NCBI GenBank assembly: GCA_951406725.2
Contig: OX597825.1
Location: 84,568,001-84,632,000 of the forward strand
Origin: Octopus vulgaris
Lineage: Eukaryota
Length of the DNA stretch: 64,000 nucleotides
Direction of reading: 5' to 3'
Shown here: positions 30,216 to 44,000 of the stretch, piece after piece
Numbering within the stretch: the stretch's first letter is position 1
Layout of the letters: each line of letters starts with the position of its first letter
The notes under the pieces: generated by a model
Databases searched by the model: none
Told to the model about the DNA's origin: nothing
What the model saw: the letters and a program-made list of their open reading frames with translations, nothing else
Translations under genes and position numbers: made by a program

Positions 30216-31016
30216 GTACATATGTGTATGTGGGTGTATGTATATATAGGTGTAAATATGTGTATATAGGGAACTAGGTGTGTTGTGTGTGCATGAGTGT
30301 ATGTGCGTATGAATATATATTTTTCTGTGTATATATGTATGTGTGGTCGTGTGTATATGTATACATGTGTGTATGCGTGCATGCATGGGAGTGAGTGTAT
30401 GCATATATACGTGTGTGTATGTGTAGACAGGTATATGCATGTGCATGTGTATAAATTTGTATATGTGGGCGGGTGTATGTATGTGTGTATGTAGATATGT
30501 ATGTATATGTGTATATATGTATATGTGTATATATATATATATATATGTGTATATATATATGAGTATATATATGTGTGTAGATACGTATACATGTGTGTAT
30601 AGGTACAAGTGAGAATCTCCTTATTTACCTATAACTCTATCCCCCCTTTTTTTTATATATATATTTTTTTATATATATATTTTTTATATATATTTTTTAT
30701 TTTTTTATTTTTTTATTTTTTTATTATTTTATTTTTTTATTATTTTATTTTTTTATTTTTTTATTTTTTTATTTTATTATTTTATTTTTTTATTTATCTA
30801 TTCTTTCATCTAACTTACCACTGACTCCTTGACCACTCCCCCAAGTATGATATTTTGCGCTATGCCTACCCCCAAAAAAGTCCCCCACCACCACTCCTTT
30901 AAACCTGCCTAAATGTATAAATGCTAATACAATTCTTGTTAAATAGCTTCCTGAAGATTTCTCTTGAATGAAACAGTACTAGTCCTGTAGAAGCTCCTTC
31001 TATATAATAAATTAAT
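28542..31016 (+). repeat. Right arm of long inverted repeat (inverted pLTR copy), followed by ~64 bp extension to 31080
   Basis: Starts TATGTGAGTATGTAGAGAT (revcomp of the left arm's inner end at 25854) and ends TATATAATAAATTAAT (revcomp of 23186-23201). Confidence 0.93.
30945..30995 (+). ncRNA. Type I hammerhead ribozyme in PLE pLTR
   Basis: Stem I AGCTTC/GAAGCT; core CTGAAGA; short stem II TTC-tctt-GAA; GAAA; stem III ACAG/CTGT with ACTAGT palindrome in loop; GTA cleavage triplet (after 30989). Confidence 0.85.
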
Positions 31017-31076
31017 TTTACTCTGCTATGTATTGAGTACCTTACTTACTGTGGTTAACCCCGAATCAACCCGGGA

Positions 31077-31189
<113 letters not shown>

Positions 31190-31254
31190 GTACATACATA
31201 TATATATATATACGTACATATATATATATATATATATATACATATGTGCGTGTG

Positions 31255-31462
31255 TACGTTTGTGTGTCTGTGTTTGTCCCCCCAATATCGCTTGACAATC
31301 GATGGTGGTGTGTTTACGTCCCCGTAACTTAGCGGTCCGGCAAAAGAGCCCGATAGAATAAGTACTAGGCTTAGAAAGAATAACTCCTGATGTCGATTTG
31401 CTCGACTAAAGGTGGTGCTCTAGCATGGCCGCAGTCAAATGACTGAAACAAGTTCAAAGAGT
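31255..31462 (+). mobile_element. SINE family B, 3' half
   Basis: TGTTTGTCCCCCC..ATCGCTTGACAA..GTTTACGTCCCCGTAACTTAGCGG..TCGACTAAAGG..CAGTCAAATGACTGAAACAAG. Confidence 0.78.
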
Positions 31463-31499
31463 ACACACACACAAACACAAACACACACACACAAATATA

Positions 31500-31893
31500 T
31501 CTTTATATATAAAAGTGAAGTTGTGTGTCTGTCTCCTACGATTTAGATTCCTAACTACTCCCACATTTTGCGGTGCAGTTTAACCAAAACCGGGTATCTT
31601 ATAGTCGTGATTCATATCGAGGTCTTCTGGTTATTAGCGCGCGTCTACGATGAGTCTACGATTAAAAAAAAATTTACCATCATTTTTTCCATTTTAATGC
31701 ATTTTTTCGCTATTATATAAGGGAAGTAACTCTTTAAAAATGTTTACGATGAGTCAACGATGAAAAAAAGAATTTACCATCATTTTTTTCCATTTTAATG
31801 CATTTTTTTGCTATTTTTTGGCTATAACTCTCTAAAAATGCTTATATAGTTATTTCCCTTATAAACCCGAGCAACGCCGGGCGATACTGCTAG
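31500..31893 (+). mobile_element. Non-autonomous Helitron
   Basis: 5' TC, 3' hairpin CCCGAGCAACGCCGGG (31866-31881) shortly before terminal CTAG, sits between host A and T; internal ~98 bp tandem duplication. Confidence 0.8.
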
Positions 31894-31914
31894 TATATAT
31901 ATATATACACATAT

Positions 31915-32452
31915 GAGAAATATTGGTACCCAGAGGATCCAAGTTGGCAGGTAAGGCTATGTAAGTGCTATGGAAGGACCGTAGTTAAAATCTCGATTAG
32001 CTAATGATATGAGTGAGGAGACGTGTGTGAGAATGTATATGTTAAATAAAACGAGACAACAAAGCAAAGGCTGTGTGGAATAAAGAGAAAGGCAGTCTTA
32101 CAGCTGTTTCTGAGATATTAGGGATATCCCTTCATCAGTGACGGTTAAATATAGGGAAATAATAGAGTTCAGTTTGAGGAGTTATTTTGGAAAATGAAGC
32201 AAATAAGAAGTATATAGGGAAATAGGGGAATGGATGTAGAAATAGAAATAAAAATGTATAAAGATGTTATAGTTGCCGCCCTATGATTCAAGGAAAGTGC
32301 TGTGTAGAAGTGGTAGAAATGATTCCTGTCCGTGGTACGTAAATTTCAATATCCCAAATATCCCAGAAACAATTGTAAGACTAACTTTCTCTTTATAAAT
32401 ATCCTGAAAATTCCACACAGCCTTGATTTTGTTGTCTCATTTTATTTAACAC
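31915..32452. mobile_element. Short inverted-repeat cassette of HHR-bearing pLTR-like sequence
   Basis: 32041-32127 is a diverged reverse complement of 32349-32450; left arm has intact HHR and an extra ~125 bp outward tail. Confidence 0.65.
32095..32142 (-). ncRNA. Minimal hammerhead ribozyme
   Basis: Minus strand gtca-CTGATGA-aGGGATAT cccta ATATCTCa-GAAA-CAGCTG-TA-agac. Confidence 0.72.
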
Positions 32453-32700
32453 ACACACACATATAAGTACATAAGTACATGTGTATAGTCTTAAGTAGAT
32501 ACACTCATATGTGCCTGCATGCTAACGATAAACTAGACGCGTGCATGTGCCTGTGAGATAGAAAAAGAGAGGGAGACAGAGAGAGTGATTCAGAGAGAGG
32601 AAGATAAATATGTACGAATGAGAGTAAGTGTATGGTGAAATGGGCGTATGATAGGAAGAGAGAAAGAGGAAGAGAGAGAGAGAGAAGCGGACATATAGAT

Positions 32701-32816
32701 AGATATGTTTCTTTATTAGCCACACAGGGCTGCACACAGACAGGACAAATTACAAGGTAGAGCTTTTCTTTTGGGGATAAGAAAGGGGGTTTGGTTTTCG
32801 ATCAAAAGGGATCGTA
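32701..32816 (-). mobile_element. 3' UTR fragment of the same LINE family as 17410-17537
   Basis: Shared CCCTTTTGATCGAAAACC...AAAGAAAAGCTCTAC...TGTGCAGCCC.GTGTGGCTAATA.AGAAACATAT. Confidence 0.65.
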
Positions 32817-32960
32817 ATATAGATAAGTAGACTGACAGATAGATTGGTTTATATTATTTTACGAACGGAACGTATACGCAAACTGGCACACACACGTGCA
32901 CGAACTTACACGCATCCACACACATACACACACTCATGCAACCGAAAATACATGTATATC

Positions 32961-32996
<36 letters not shown>

Positions 32997-33079
32997 TAAA
33001 TATATAATTGCTGTAGTTTTATATATAAATATATATATACGCACACACATATATATAAAAATAAATATATGTGCATATA

Positions 33080-33125
<46 letters not shown>

Positions 33126-33161
33126 TATATAGATAGATACATATATATATATTTATTTATA

Positions 33162-33203
<42 letters not shown>

Positions 33204-33715
33204 TATATACATATATATATGTAAATAGAGAGAGACAAGGGGGAGAGAAAGACAGAGTGAGTGAGATACATACTCAATATTATTAAGGTGTGACGATATC
33301 AATTAATCTCTCATACTTTCTATACAATTCCCACCCAACCTATTTTGTTTGTTTTTTGAAACTGTAATAACCATAATTTTACATCATGAAATCACCCTCA
33401 TAATTGAATATCAAACATCCAACATGATTTACTTGTATTAGAATTATTAAGTTGTGCATATGTAATCGGATAGTTTTAGCCTTACACTTGATTTGTTCGT
33501 TTCCCGATCTATTGCAACAAATATGCCGGAAGATGTTTTACTTAAAGCTATATAACACACACACACACATATATATACACACACACACATACACACAAAG
33601 AGAGAGAGAGAGAGAGATAGAAGAGAGAGAGAGAGAGACACACACACACACACACAAATACATATATGTATTTATGTGGGAATGTGTGCTTATATATACA
33701 TATATATCTATATAG

Positions 33716-33758
<43 letters not shown>

Positions 33759-33971
33759 TGTGCGTGTGTACGCATATGTGTGTATAACTGAGAATATCAC
33801 GTTGCTAAGTTTGCTTTAATTAAGGCATTTTTTTGCCTATGTAATCGTAATCCTCAGCTCTCATCTCGACTTCCGGATAATCCAACATCTGTGTCAAGGT
33901 CTCTATAGATTTTTTCCGATCGACCGCAATGTTTTCAGAGAGTGTAGTCTGCTTAGTGCACAGCGTTAGAA

Positions 33972-33982
33972 GATAGATAGAC

Positions 33983-34053
<71 letters not shown>

Positions 34054-34054
34054 C

Positions 34055-34128
<74 letters not shown>
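33972..34128. repeat. (GATA)n microsatellite
   Basis: Directly visible; also 8160-8203 and 45057-45180. Confidence 0.95.
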
Positions 34129-36271
34129 TTAATTAGGTACATAAACAGAGCGAGAGAAAGAGTGAGAGAAAGAAACAACATATAGATACAGTTGGCTCGG
34201 TTTTATGATTCTCATCCTTAATTGCGAAAGGAATGGGATTTCTTTTAATTAATATTCATTAGCAATCACAGAGCGAAGCAAAGCGTGCGTACAAACCACT
34301 CAATAGTAATCTTAATACAATGTTATCACGCTACGCTGTTCATTTACATCACAGCGGTGTTAGCGGTATTCCTTTTGCTCGCTTCCATCTTCGACATTGG
34401 AAATACATTATTTCAAACTTTAGAACATGAACCCAGGATCACACGGAGTGTGTATGTGTGGCAATGTTGTGGAAGTATTTCATTGGTCTTTAGTTCATCG
34501 ATTCCAGACGGATGTAGTGTAATTTTCACTCAACCAAGAAAAGAATTAGAACTCCGGCTATTTGTTCTTGCCAATCAGAGACCAAACAATATCAATCACA
34601 TATCGATATCTTATACACACACACACACGGCCCTCAAATCGGATGGAGCGTGCGGAATATATTAAACAAGGGAGCAATATAAGATCAATATATATTTTAT
34701 TGATTCCTGGAAGCATGAAATGAAACGACGTTCGGCCACGGTGGGATTCGAAATCACACACAAAGATTATATATTTAAATATGGAAAAGCATTTCCCCCA
34801 GCCCTCGAAAGATATATGATATATTAGCTTGTAATATACTGCTATAAAGTAAGGCAATAACCTGGCAGACCTGGAAAATACCGACAGATTTAATGGTTCC
34901 ATAACCATCCAATATATCAGTCGTTCTAGATCTGTATCTGGAGTTGACCTTTGATATTATGGCACAAGGAAATGTATGTGATTCAATACGTTATCCCCAT
35001 GGCTGTATAACCCTAAGGCATCTCTGTAGTTCAATGGTCATTAAATATAGCCGCGTTTGTTTATGGTATCTCAATACTTGTCTGATTCTACGGCGCCGTC
35101 TCTCTCTCTTCCTTCTCTATCGAAGATATGCAATTTAAAAGCCGCATATTACTCTAGTTTTACGACCTCACATTATCTGTATTTCTGTGACCCTATACTG
35201 TCTCTCTGGTCCCAGACCCTATCGCATTTTTTTTTACTGTTCTTTGTCTTCGTGATATTCCGATATAGATACGGAAACCTATACGGAGAAAGATAATTTA
35301 AATATTATTTTAAAAGAAGTAAACAATTTCCTAAACTAAACGAGAAAAAATGTAAAGTAGATTACATTTCTTCAACATTTGATAAGATGATCGTCTCGAT
35401 GCCCGTCTTTATTGATTTATTGGGGAATTTGAAATGTTCAGGTTCTTAGCAAAGAGGGTACTAATTTAATTGGCTTCGACGTACAATTATATCCGGTCGC
35501 AGACATGGCTCCCGGGAATTCCTGCATCATCTGTTTAAAACTTAAAGATGTCAAGGATGTTTAACTGACTTATTTTCTACACCGAGAGAGATACAAGAAT
35601 GTTTTTACCAGTATATTTATCTTGAAACCAGATGATTTTGTTTCTGAAACTAGAAGATCAATTAGCTGATTTACTTTGTAAGCTAACACCTGATTAATTA
35701 GGATATCAAAATCCTCCTCATAATCATCATTAATTAAACCTTTAATTTTGATTGATGTTCCTTCTTATCTTTCAAACGCGGAAGTTATCGATTATATTTG
35801 ATAACAAAAAGCAAAACCCCATATCAGTAAATAGAAAAAAAAGTGTTTTGTCAACTCTATAACGATGTTAAAATGATGATTGCAGGAATGCGTGAAGCTT
35901 GTTGCTTTTATTTTCAATTTTTTAAGGTGAGAGATTTGGCTTATGTGTCTGGAATTAGCTTTAATTATACAACCTGCTTAATTTGGTGTATGTATGAAAA
36001 TGTGTGTGCGCGTGCTTGTGTGTGTATGTATGTGTGTGTATATATGTGTATATGCGCATATATATGTATAAACATGTATATATACATACATATATATATG
36101 TATACATGTATATATATTAAAGAAAAAGAAAATGGAAATTGGGAAATCAATTGTTTATTTTTAACAACAAATCATTTTCGTTTTCGTTTTTTAGATTAAT
36201 GTAACCCTGAGCACCACCAGCAAAAATATTTTTTCCTCTGTCTTCCCTTCTTGGGATCTTTCCTTCTCCTT

Positions 36272-36306
36272 GTTTCCGACGAAGAGCTCCGCTCGAAACG
36301 TTAAAC
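36272..36306 (+). ncRNA. Variant minimal hammerhead-like motif
   Basis: gttt-CCGACGA-a-GAGC tcc GCTC-GAAACGTT-aaac; non-canonical core. Confidence 0.5.
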
Positions 36307-36537
36307 CCTCCTTCCCTTCTTTCCTGAGCGTCAATAATACTTTAATTGTTCCACGTCCTCGCGTTGCTGTTTTTTTTTCTCTTTTTCTGTGTTTTCTTGT
36401 TTGGATTAACTATATATATATATATATATCTACCTATTATTTTAAGGAAATCAATTCTCAGAAAATATTAGGTATTGAACCAGTAATTCTTTGCATGATA
36501 CCATATTTCATGAGGCTAACAAGTGCATGTGTGTGTG

Positions 36538-36591
<54 letters not shown>

Positions 36592-37138
36592 TATATATAT
36601 ATATGTATATATATGTATACATATATATATTGTTGTTGTTGTTGTTCTGCACACAGACTCCACTAATGATAGCATTTGTTAAGGCTGTTCAATATCTTCA
36701 ATCGATCAACAGACCGACTGATTAAACGGGTGCATGAACGCATCTACAAGGCGCATCAGGAACAGCTCTAAGTCAAAGATGTACAAGCAAAGAAATATGT
36801 ATATCAGATATATAATTCTCAGCTCATCTTCATTGTAATGTCTTCGTTATATGCTCTGTATGCTGTATGAAGTCCAATGAAGCGAATTCAGGATTCAGTT
36901 ATTGAGTGAAGTGCCTTATTATTGTTTATCTTAAGTAATGCTGTACGATCCCTATTATTCAATGTGATTGGTCAAATCTGGATTGCACCAATGTGCTAGG
37001 GTTCCCCATTCCTTTATGTTTGATATATATATATATATATTTATATACATATACATATATACATTTATACATATATATGTGTATATATCAGCATATATAT
37101 ATATATATATCGATATACATATATATATATATATATCG

Positions 37139-37232
<94 letters not shown>

Positions 37233-37285
37233 GTATAAGTATTAATATATATATGTGTGTGTGTGCGTGTGTGTCTGTGCGCGTG

Positions 37286-37860
37286 TATTCGGTTATCCCA
37301 TAAATAATGAGGTTCTTTTTTCAATTGCAAATCGGGTTTTTTGAAATGAACTTAAAATCGGGGTGTGACGGGTTAAACTACCTGCATCAACTTGCTATAA
37401 AAGCAGGTAGTAATTTTGCTTTGTACTCATTCTTAGTGCAAGTTTTGAAAAATGAACAGTTTTTTAACAGTTATTTTTTCAAAGCTATAATCGAAGTGGC
37501 AAAGGAGCATATCTCGCATATTTTGTTTTATGAGTTTAATAAAGGCAACAATGCAACGGAAAGTACGAGGAATACAATGCAGTGTCAACATTGGTTCCAG
37601 AAATTCCGAGCTGGAAACTACGACCTAGAATACGAGCCTCGTCTCAGAACATATGTAGAGCTCGATGAGGTCATCCGGCAAACTCTGAAGAACAGTGGTG
37701 AATCTTCGATTAGCTTATTCCACCATTTATCGATAACTGTCTGTCATCGGAAATGTCAGTATATTGGAGCAATGGGTTTGTCACAAACTTTCCGAGTCTA
37801 ATCGCGCCCAGAGAATGAATGTATGCTCTTCTTTACTGTCACGTCTCACGAATAAATCTT
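37286..37860 (+). mobile_element. Degenerate mariner transposon, 5' part
   Basis: TA + TIR-like TTCGGTTATCCCATAAATAATG; ORF 37307-37801 contains KEHISHILFYEFNKGNNATES..QCQHWFQKFRAGNYDLEYEPR (mariner N-terminal HTH). Confidence 0.8.
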
Positions 37861-38465
37861 GACTGGGTACCATTGTTCTTGTTACCATTGTTTGAGAGTG
37901 GGTTAGTTCTGCTCCGGCTGAGCTAACTTTGCTCTTGAATCGTACATCAGTCCTCATGTAAAAGCTGTATCGCTATTACTGTTGAGTCATAATCCAGTAC
38001 ATCTCTACTCAACGAACTTTCCACCGTACGCCATATCTTCTTTCACACATAGACCTGCATACTCCAAAATGGTGGCTTACCTCATTTTAGAAACATAAAT
38101 CGTGTATTTATGGAGATTTTACTTGCTATTTCTAACAAATTATGGATGTAACTGTATTCAGGTACGACCTTTAACAGTCTGAATTCAAATCGGGCTGATA
38201 TTAGTTTTAAGTTTTATCTTTCCCAGATCGATAAAATTTAGTACCACCCAAATATTAGGATCGATTTAAAATTCCTATAAAATATTCGGATATTTGAAAG
38301 GAAGTATAAAAGTCGAATATGATGTGGAGGAGGCATTCTTTGTCATGTGCACCGGCAGTGGACTCATATTTACGTCATCCGTTCCATCTAATTTATTTCG
38401 ACTCACTGGGGAATTTGTATGTAAATACATACATACATACACACACACACACATACACACACAGA

Positions 38466-38526
<61 letters not shown>

Positions 38527-38636
38527 TATATATATATGTATGTATGTATATTTATATATACAAATATATACGTACATACATCCATATATATATATATGTA
38601 TATATATATACATACATATCCATCCATATATATATA

Positions 38637-38706
<70 letters not shown>

Positions 38707-39224
38707 CATACATATGTGTCTGTGTCTGTGTTTGTGTTTGTGTTTGTGTGCGTGTCTATATATACCTGTATGTATATGTATGTATAAATTATTGAAAGAT
38801 GTTAATTTCTTCTGTGACAATAACAATCTTATTTCAAGTGTTCCCATTGTTTCGGTGACGTTTTTATATATCCCACGAGGCGTTTGGAAATAATTGCATT
38901 TATTGTCAACTCTGCAGTACCAATATTACCATTACAAAAGAGTTCCATAAAGTAGCTTTATTTAAGACTGAATATATGACATTCCAATATATAAAATTTA
39001 GAAGCTTTCGAATAAAAACGGAAACAGCTATCGCTTGATTGTCGATCGAGGATATTTCTAATCCAGATTCTCTCTCCCCTCCATAATGATGTCGCATTTT
39101 AGCCCAAAGCCAGGGGTTTTCAAGGAAGTAACTGATCAAATGTACTCTAATATTTAACTGATACTTTATTTTGATGTCGGAAAGGTTGGAATTTGAACTG
39201 AAATGTCCATGGCTGGGAATACTG

Positions 39225-39415
39225 GCACAACAGGTTGTTACCTTCTCAGGGAGAGTCAGAATAATACAGAAAGTAACAAGGTGGAATCTTTGAATAACTG
39301 CTGCTACTCAGTTTTTGCCAGCTGAATGAATTGGAGGAACGTAAAGAGCCCTGTCGGTAATCGTACTCACTACCTTGCGACCTTGAGCCAAATGCCTCGA
39401 TCCACTAAGCCACGG
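39225..39415 (-). mobile_element. Degenerate SINE related to family C
   Basis: Minus strand CGTGGCTTAGTGG...CTCCAATTCATTCAGCTGGCAAAAACTGAGT. Confidence 0.5.
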
Positions 39416-41035
39416 AATTTCAGAATACAAATATCCGCAAAGTATTCTAGTTATGCGTTCGAACACCAAGAATTTCGCCTAAAACTGTCGTATTGGATAT
39501 CTGAACATGAAAAGACATATTTTCTTTTGCTTAAGATCAAGAAATTATGTGCTGATCGCTAGTACTTCAACTGATGACATAGTGTCACATGTACCTCTTC
39601 GATAGAGTCTCCTACTACACATACATAGGAAGTCCATGGGTGGGAACGGTAGACTCGAAACTCGATTATGTAGAGATAAATTAAGAGAAAATTAATTTAG
39701 ACTCCAGCCTATAGATCGAAAGTGAGAGAATTGTGTGATTATATAAACCTACATTGTTTAATGCTATTATATATCATAGCCCCGGGATATATACAGTATA
39801 TACAGTAAAGTGGAATCTAGTTGGATTCGATCCCAGAATGTAAAGTTAAAATAATCATTAGCCTCCATAGTTACTGCAAGTGCTCTAATCTCGCATTCTT
39901 TTCATTACTGATTTTTGTCCAAGAGTATTTCAACTGGAATGAGTTCATACATAAGGAGTGTGATACTAATGAATTTAAATTTTTAAACTGTTTGATTCGT
40001 TAAAAGCGTTCCTCTAAAAGCATCGGATCCAAACATCTAATGTAGTTCTTCAGAATTCTTAGATAAATTTTTATTGACGATGACGAAATGTTTATTAATT
40101 AATGATAGATTCAATCCAATTAACGATATATTTACAGAATGGAGTATAATGATATCAATTTAATGACGAGAATTTTAAATAAAATTTAATGCGTGCAGAT
40201 TTAATATAATGATTCATAATTTTCAATAACTTGATTGCTTGTTTTCATAAGAAAAACGTGAACGCCTTACCACCTACTTCTGAATAAGTCTGTAGCTGTT
40301 GTCTAAGACTCAAGTGAATTATGTAGGCTTCCTTTTTCAACAGATACAAAGTTGGATTGATTGCAGAATGAAGGAAGAAATGAGTTGCTGTAACACACAT
40401 TTATTTTCGGGTATATTCATGGAGTTGATGAGGGAAATTGCATCTTGTAGTGAATGATCTAGTGTCACCGATTCTGTAGGTGCGCGCGCGAGTGTGCGTA
40501 TGTGTGCGCACGCATCTGTGTGTTTATCATGTGCCTATCATGTCATTTCAAAAAAGAAAAAAATTACGAAATTATGTCTGCACAATATATAAAATAAAAC
40601 AAAACAAATTAAGTAACCTCAAAGAAAATAATGAACTGTGGGTAACGGATGAAAGGGTCGCCCGCCGCTGGTTCGGCTGCAAAGTGTCAATGTATGAAGG
40701 AATACACTTCGCCTTCAATCGAAATAATTATTATTATTGCGGGTAAGAGTTCGGCAATTTTAAGGGGATTAAATCGATTACATCGAAGCCAGTACATGAC
40801 TGGTATTTTAATTTATCGACCCCGGAAGGATAAAATGCACAACAAATATTATCGTGATTTGAACGCTCCCACTGAAATAATATCAAACAAATATCTGATA
40901 ACGCTGATCTCAGTGTGATGCCTACGTGACACGTAACTACAGATAAACTCCACAAAAAGGAACAGTTTATATACATATATATATATTGTTTTCGGATTTG
41001 GTTTTGGATTCTTTATGTGAGTTCGTATGTTGAAG

Positions 41036-41255
41036 CATATTCTGTTGGTTCTGGGGAAAGTCATTCTCTTTTTGTGCCTTGTGGTTTAACACACTCACCG
41101 GTAAAATTTTCCATATTTTTTTTTTATTATTCTAAAAGGTTGCAAGACACAACGAAAATTTTAAGAAGAAAAAAAAAGAAATATGTGGAAATATTACCGG
41201 TGACTGTGTTAAATTATAAGGTACCATAAGGGAATGGCTCTCCCCAGACACAACA

Positions 41256-41262
<7 letters not shown>
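41036..41262. repeat. Imperfect ~100 bp inverted repeat with ~20 bp spacer
   Basis: 41036-41137 vs 41157-41262; opposite-strand translations both read YSVxSGESHSLxVP..LTxSPV. Confidence 0.75.
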
Positions 41263-41312
<50 letters not shown>

Positions 41313-41420
41313 CAAATAAGATTCAAGTCAATTCCAATGAATTTACTTGAATGTTGTACTTAACTTAGATGCACCAGAAAACTATATGGTGTTAACCATA
41401 CAGTAATGTGGGGTGATTAT

Positions 41421-41864
41421 AAACGAGAAAGAAGCAACAAGAATGGATTAGTTTTTAGTACAATTGTTTCATACAAAGACAGGCTTTATTAAAAGTTGCA
41501 AAAATTGCAGCAGATAAAAGTCTGTGAGTATGAAATTCCTCCTCATATCTCTGGAAATTTACATCTACACTGCGGATTAATTCACCTTCTCTGGGAAGCT
41601 AATAAGCTTTTTTAAAAACCTGTGATAAGACTGTGCATCATCATTAAGGAACTTCGGAAATCTGTTTACAACCTAAATCTGCTTTTAATGAAATTATCTC
41701 CAATACTTCATGAGTATAGCCTCACCCACTAAGATGTTTGGAGAACTCATATGTATTTTAGCTGATGAGTACGGGACACTTTTATCTGCTGCAACTTTTA
41801 ATAAAGCCTGTCTGTATGAAACAATTGTACTAAAAACTAATCCATTCTTGTTGCTTCTTTCTCG

Positions 41865-41866
<2 letters not shown>
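41421..41866. mobile_element. Short inverted-repeat cassette with HHR
   Basis: 41423-41521 is the reverse complement of ~41778-41865 (small indels); only the right arm keeps the full HHR core; (TA)n follows. Confidence 0.72.
41756..41835 (+). ncRNA. Type I hammerhead ribozyme with long stem II
   Basis: TTTTAG-CTGATGA-GTACGGG...TCTGTAT-GAAA-CAATTG-TA-CTAAAA: 6-bp stem I, canonical core, palindromic minimal stem III. Confidence 0.8.
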
Positions 41867-41927
<61 letters not shown>

Positions 41928-42816
41928 ACAAATATTTCAGATAAAACGTTTTTACTTAAAATACCCTTTCTCTTCCTGTTTGTGATCAAGTTCTCTTCGA
42001 AAACTTTCTCCCTCGCGGCAAACATTTTACATTCCACTGTCTCAATTAAGCTATATCACCGTAATGATTAGAAATTAACTGAAGTCACGAAATTAAGATT
42101 TATCCGCAGCTTAAGTTTCGAATCGCCAATTGAGAAAATATTAATATTTGAATTATTGTATTCACAAACACACAATAAAGTATATAACAAGATTCAAAAC
42201 ACTTTTGATCTGGCAAAATACACGACAAGGGTTCACATTTAAAAAGAACAACTTAAATACAATAAAATATTTAAAATATTTTCAGTAAATCCTAATGACT
42301 TTAATAAAATTTCAAATTTCAAATTTGAAATAGGAGACATGTAATGGCCTGGAACGAGTTGCTAATTTAACAGACAGACTTAATTCATCATCAGGAATTT
42401 CATTTTCTTTTCGTTCAGTTTTTCTAATGGACGTGAAACGAAATGAATAATTTATCTCCCCATCCATGTCACTTAATATTAGATCGGTATTTCTCTTCAT
42501 AAAAAAAAGTTCAAAGTAAAAAATTGAGGATATTTCGAAATAGAAATGAGAAATATTTTATGATTGTCCCGTAGGTGAAGGATCATGTTCTGTAATGCCA
42601 CCAGCTGAAATATCAATACAGAAAGGGCGACGGCGGTGTTGGTGGTGGGGTTAGCGGTAGAAAGAAAAGAAAGTGGGAATGATTAAACATTGATTTTGTA
42701 TTGGTTAGAAAATGAAAATCGTCTTGAATAAATTATGCAAATGATTCTGCGGTTGGGCCTGAATATATGAAACATGAAGTAAATCAAATGTTTTTCGACG
42801 CATCTTTAGAGGGAAA

Positions 42817-42880
<64 letters not shown>

Positions 42881-43344
42881 ACACAGGTTATCAAATGGAG
42901 AAGTGTGCTTGAAAAAATATTAATAACAATATCGATGTGTACGTGTCAGATGTATCAGTTATTGATTCAGCAGTTTGTTGACATATTGACATTCAACATG
43001 CATTGAATACACGCACACACACGCACGCACACACACACATACACACACACACACACACGAACATGCGCACATTCACGACACGCGCAGTACATACATGTAT
43101 CTGTACACAAGTTAGGAAACTGAGATATTCTGGAAGGTTATCTTAAAGATACACATATTTCTTTTAATATATTCATACATTCAAGATACATATTTTCCGT
43201 TTATTTCTTTGCGATAGTCATTGGCCGTAGCCCCAACAAGTTATAAAATAGTCATAGAGTACTCTCAATGAATAATCAACTCCATTCCATTACGCTATAA
43301 CATACACAGACATATGTATGTGTATGTTTATATACATACATATA

Positions 43345-43379
<35 letters not shown>

Positions 43380-43664
43380 CCCCACAACCGTTTGACAACC
43401 GGTGTTGGTGTGTTTCCGTACCTGTAATTTCACGGTTTGGCGAAAGAGCCATCTTACCTGACTTTCTTACCTTTTACAGTTCGTAATGGACGCTTCCCAA
43501 GCCAATAATTCTCCTGCAGCTGAGCTAATTTCTCTAAATATGAAGCAATTAATTTAACCAAATGCCAATCAACAACCAGCTAAGATTAATACTTATTTCT
43601 TGCAGCTGCTCACCTTGGTTTCTCCATTAAGAATCTAGAATCGATTCGCACTTCGGTTAAGTGT

Positions 43665-44000
43665 GCAGTTGGCTCAGTGGTTCGAGCGTCGAGCTTACGA
43701 TCGTGAGATTGTGAATTAGATTCCTGGACCGGGCTGCGTGTTGTGTTCTTGAGCAATGCACTTAATTTCACGTTGCTCCAGTTCACTCAGCTGTAGAAAT
43801 GAGTTGCGACGTCACTGGTGCAAAGCTGTATCGGCCCTTTTGCCTTTCCCTTGGATAACATCAATATTGTTGAGAGGGGAAGCTGGTATACATGGACGAC
43901 TGGTGGCTTTCCATAAAGAACCTTGCCCGGACTTGTGCCTTGGAGAGTAACTTTCAAGGTGCAATCCCATGGTCATTTATAACACAAGAGGGTCTCCTTT
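43665..44000 (+). mobile_element. tRNA-derived SINE, family C
   Basis: A box TGGCTCAGTGG, degenerate B box, TTCTTGAGCAA..CTCCAGTTCACTCAGCTGTAGAAATGAGT core. Confidence 0.65.

Noticed and set aside
34285-34908. Non-repetitive short ORFs as candidate host exons
   Set aside because: No recognisable domain, no convincing splice structure, alternative start codons only
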